Source: a virus
DNA length: 10,378 bases
Virus record (IMG/VR): IMGVR_UViG_3300026549_000932
Span: 1 to 10,378 of that record
Reading direction: 5' to 3' (one strand)
The notes beneath the pieces were generated by a model, which searched no databases, was not told the origin of the DNA, and worked only from the letters and a program-made list of their open reading frames with translations. Shown piece by piece: positions 8,612 to 10,378 of this stretch. The stretch's first letter is position 1. The number at the start of each line of letters is the position of its first letter. A program made the position numbers and the translations under genes.

Positions 8612-9385
8612 TTAAACTAATTGATAAAATAAGCAATCTAAATCTTTAAATATCATTGAATAGATTGTTTTTACATTTTCTTGCATTTCTTTCAAAATTG
8701 CAATTTTGTCGGCTGATGTTCTTTTTATTTTTTCATTGTATTCATTTACATCAGTTCCATTATTTGTAGCTTCTGAAGTTCCTTCACTCGTTGAATTATC
8801 TTCTGAATTATTGTTATTTGTATCATAGCTATAATTTGTTACATAACTTCCGTTTCTAACATCTTCAAGTCTACTTTGAGGAAGTTCTGAATTTCTTCTG
8901 TCTGATGTATCATTTGTAGTTGTTGTGCTATGATTTGTTAAATTATTTTTTGTATTATTTTTATTTTCTGTTTTACGGTCATCTTTTCCTGTTCTTTCCA
9001 TTGTTTCGCCATCGAATATATCCCAATTTTCCAATGCGTCAAACATTTTATTATAAAAAGGCATAATTTCATTTAACTTAACATCTAGTTGAATTCTAAA
9101 AGCTGTTACAGTTTCAAAACCTATTCTTCTTTGTAAAAAGTGATTCAAAATCATGCATTCAAATTTTTCTTTGTCTACTTTAGAACTTAATGGATAATCA
9201 AAATTAAATATTGTTGAGCGTCCAGCTTTTGCTAAATCTTTTATTTTAACATCTGGTGCAGGTTCGTTTAAGTCAACATCAGGATTTACTATGCTTTCTA
9301 ATATTGTATAAATTGTTGGTGGTAAATTGTTGTTAGGTGGTAAAAATGGATAGTACCAAAAATAATTAGTGTAGTAAGGTATCAT
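8612..9385 (-). CDS. Lower collar (gp11-like) connector protein
   Basis: 257 aa; conserved-looking segment FDYPLSSKVDKEKFECMILNHFLQRRIGFETVTAFRIQLDVKLNEIMPFYNKMFDAL; directly downstream of the portal gene as in phi29 (10-11-12 order); GGAGG RBS inside the 3' end of the upstream gene. Confidence 0.8.
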   Translation of the reverse strand: MIPYYTNYFWYYPFLPPNNNLPPTIYTILESIVNPDVDLNEPAPDVKIKDLAKAGRSTIFNFDYPLSSKVDKEKFECMILNHFLQRRIGFETVTAFRIQLDVKLNEIMPFYNKMFDALENWDIFDGETMERTGKDDRKTENKNNTKNNLTNHSTTTTNDTSDRRNSELPQSRLEDVRNGSYVTNYSYDTNNNNSEDNSTSEGTSEATNNGTDVNEYNEKIKRTSADKIAILKEMQENVKTIYSMIFKDLDCLFYQLV

Positions 9386-10280
9386 CGTCTATATCCTCCC
9401 CTCCATCAAAATCATCTTCAATTTTTTCTGTTGTTGGCAAGCCGTCATAATATCTAACTGAAATTTCTTTTTCTATTGCTTTTTGTCCATTTAATAAAAT
9501 TTTATCAGCAAATTTTTCATTGATTTCTTCAATTGCTTTTTTTCTAGGTTCAAATCTACTATATCTACTTGCAACAGTTCCGCCTTGAGAAGCTAAAACT
9601 TCATCTTTTATATTACGTTCTTTTTTCTGAAAATTCATATTTGCAATACCTATAAGTCTTAAAAATTCGTTCCAGTCTTTCTCTTTATGTAAGTCAATTT
9701 TATCCGCAACATATGGAGCAGGGGCTAAAACTAAAGTAGTATCATCTAGATCTAAATCATCATAAGTTATAACAGTGTTTTCCATGCCATCAACATTATT
9801 AACTAAATCTTTTATTGATTTTTCTTTTTCTGTTTTTGTTTTCCAGAATCTTGGCGTTTTTTGTTGGGCTATGTTAATATCAATAGTTCTTGTTTCAAGT
9901 GCTAGTCGTTCAGCATATTGTAAGATATCTAAAAAAATTGGATAACGTCCGTTATTATCATACATAATAACAAAATCATCTTGACTTCTAATAAATTTAC
10001 TATATCCATTTTGCGATATTACTTGTATGCTTGTAGGTCTACCGTAAACGTCTAATTTTCCTATATTTTGATAAGGTAATGCTAATAATCCTAAAACTTC
10101 ATCAACGAAAAATGCTATGCTTCCCTGCCTCAACAAAACTTTGTTTAAATACGCTGTATCTATAAATTTTGGCATATCAGGAAATTCGAATACATTTTCC
10201 GCAAGTGTTAATAGTTGACGTTTATACATATTATAAGTAGAAAAATTTGACAACTGCGAATTTATTAGCTTTCTTCTCAT
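9366..10280 (-). CDS. Upper collar / portal (connector) protein, phi29 gp10-like
   Basis: 304 aa; size, order next to lower collar, and segments GSIAFFVDEVLGLLALPY, IQVISQNGYSKFI and LIGIANMNFQKKERNIKDEVLASQGG consistent with gp10-type connectors; AAAGGAG RBS at 10285-10290. Confidence 0.82.
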   Translation of the reverse strand: MRRKLINSQLSNFSTYNMYKRQLLTLAENVFEFPDMPKFIDTAYLNKVLLRQGSIAFFVDEVLGLLALPYQNIGKLDVYGRPTSIQVISQNGYSKFIRSQDDFVIMYDNNGRYPIFLDILQYAERLALETRTIDINIAQQKTPRFWKTKTEKEKSIKDLVNNVDGMENTVITYDDLDLDDTTLVLAPAPYVADKIDLHKEKDWNEFLRLIGIANMNFQKKERNIKDEVLASQGGTVASRYSRFEPRKKAIEEINEKFADKILLNGQKAIEKEISVRYYDGLPTTEKIEDDFDGGEDIDDDTLLH

Positions 10281-10302
10281 TTTTTCTCCTTTCTTTTAAA
10301 AT

Positions 10303-10334
10303 AAAAGGCTAGATATTTTACTATCCAGCCTTTT
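10303..10334 (-). terminator. Intrinsic terminator/attenuator upstream of the portal gene
   Basis: AAAAGGCTAGATA (10303-10315) pairs with TATCCAGCCTTTT (10322-10334); the single mismatch (A/C on +) becomes a G-U wobble in the - strand transcript, followed by a U-rich tract. Confidence 0.75.
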
Positions 10335-10345
10335 TAAAATAAGTA

Positions 10346-10378
10346 TTAAAGTACTGTTATACTTGCTGTACCAGTTTT
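10346..10378 (-). CDS. 3' end of a truncated gene, probably the major capsid protein
   Basis: Open - strand frame to the window edge encoding ...KTGTASITVL-stop, just before the terminator; identity inferred only from gene order (capsid upstream of portal in phi29). Confidence 0.4.
   Translation of the reverse strand, partial: KTGTASITVL

Noticed and set aside
1-10378. CRISPR array, tRNA, rRNA, transposase, toxin-antitoxin or defence genes
   Set aside because: No regularly spaced repeats, tRNA-like cloverleafs or recognisable proteins of these classes were seen; the region reads as core phage replication and virion genes.

Overview
This looks like part of an AT-rich, protein-primed (phi29/Picovirinae-like) podovirus, probably infecting a low-GC Firmicute. 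All assignments come from motif recall; no search was run. On the + strand, behind a sigma70-like promoter with repeat-rich upstream DNA and a 5' leader hairpin: an SSB-like protein with a DDLPF tail, a putative terminal protein, a family B protein-primed DNA polymerase, a small unknown ORF, a packaging ATPase and a gp9-like tail-knob protein. A bidirectional terminator separates these from a convergent - strand block: appendage/tailspike, lower collar, portal and the last codons of another gene, probably the capsid. The strongest anomaly is in the polymerase. The ORF track splits it in two, but the 85-codon gap encodes the missing catalytic motif A (WDFTSSYPYI) in the third frame. Joining the three frames into about 703 aa needs exactly two +1 shifts, both at NNT-CGG-A, skipping C and then reading GGA (Gly). 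By my manual scan these two CGG triplets are the only in-frame CGG codons in the recognised genes. This could be hungry/unassigned-codon (Ty3-like) +1 frameshifting, two recurrent insertions, or a sequencing artefact.
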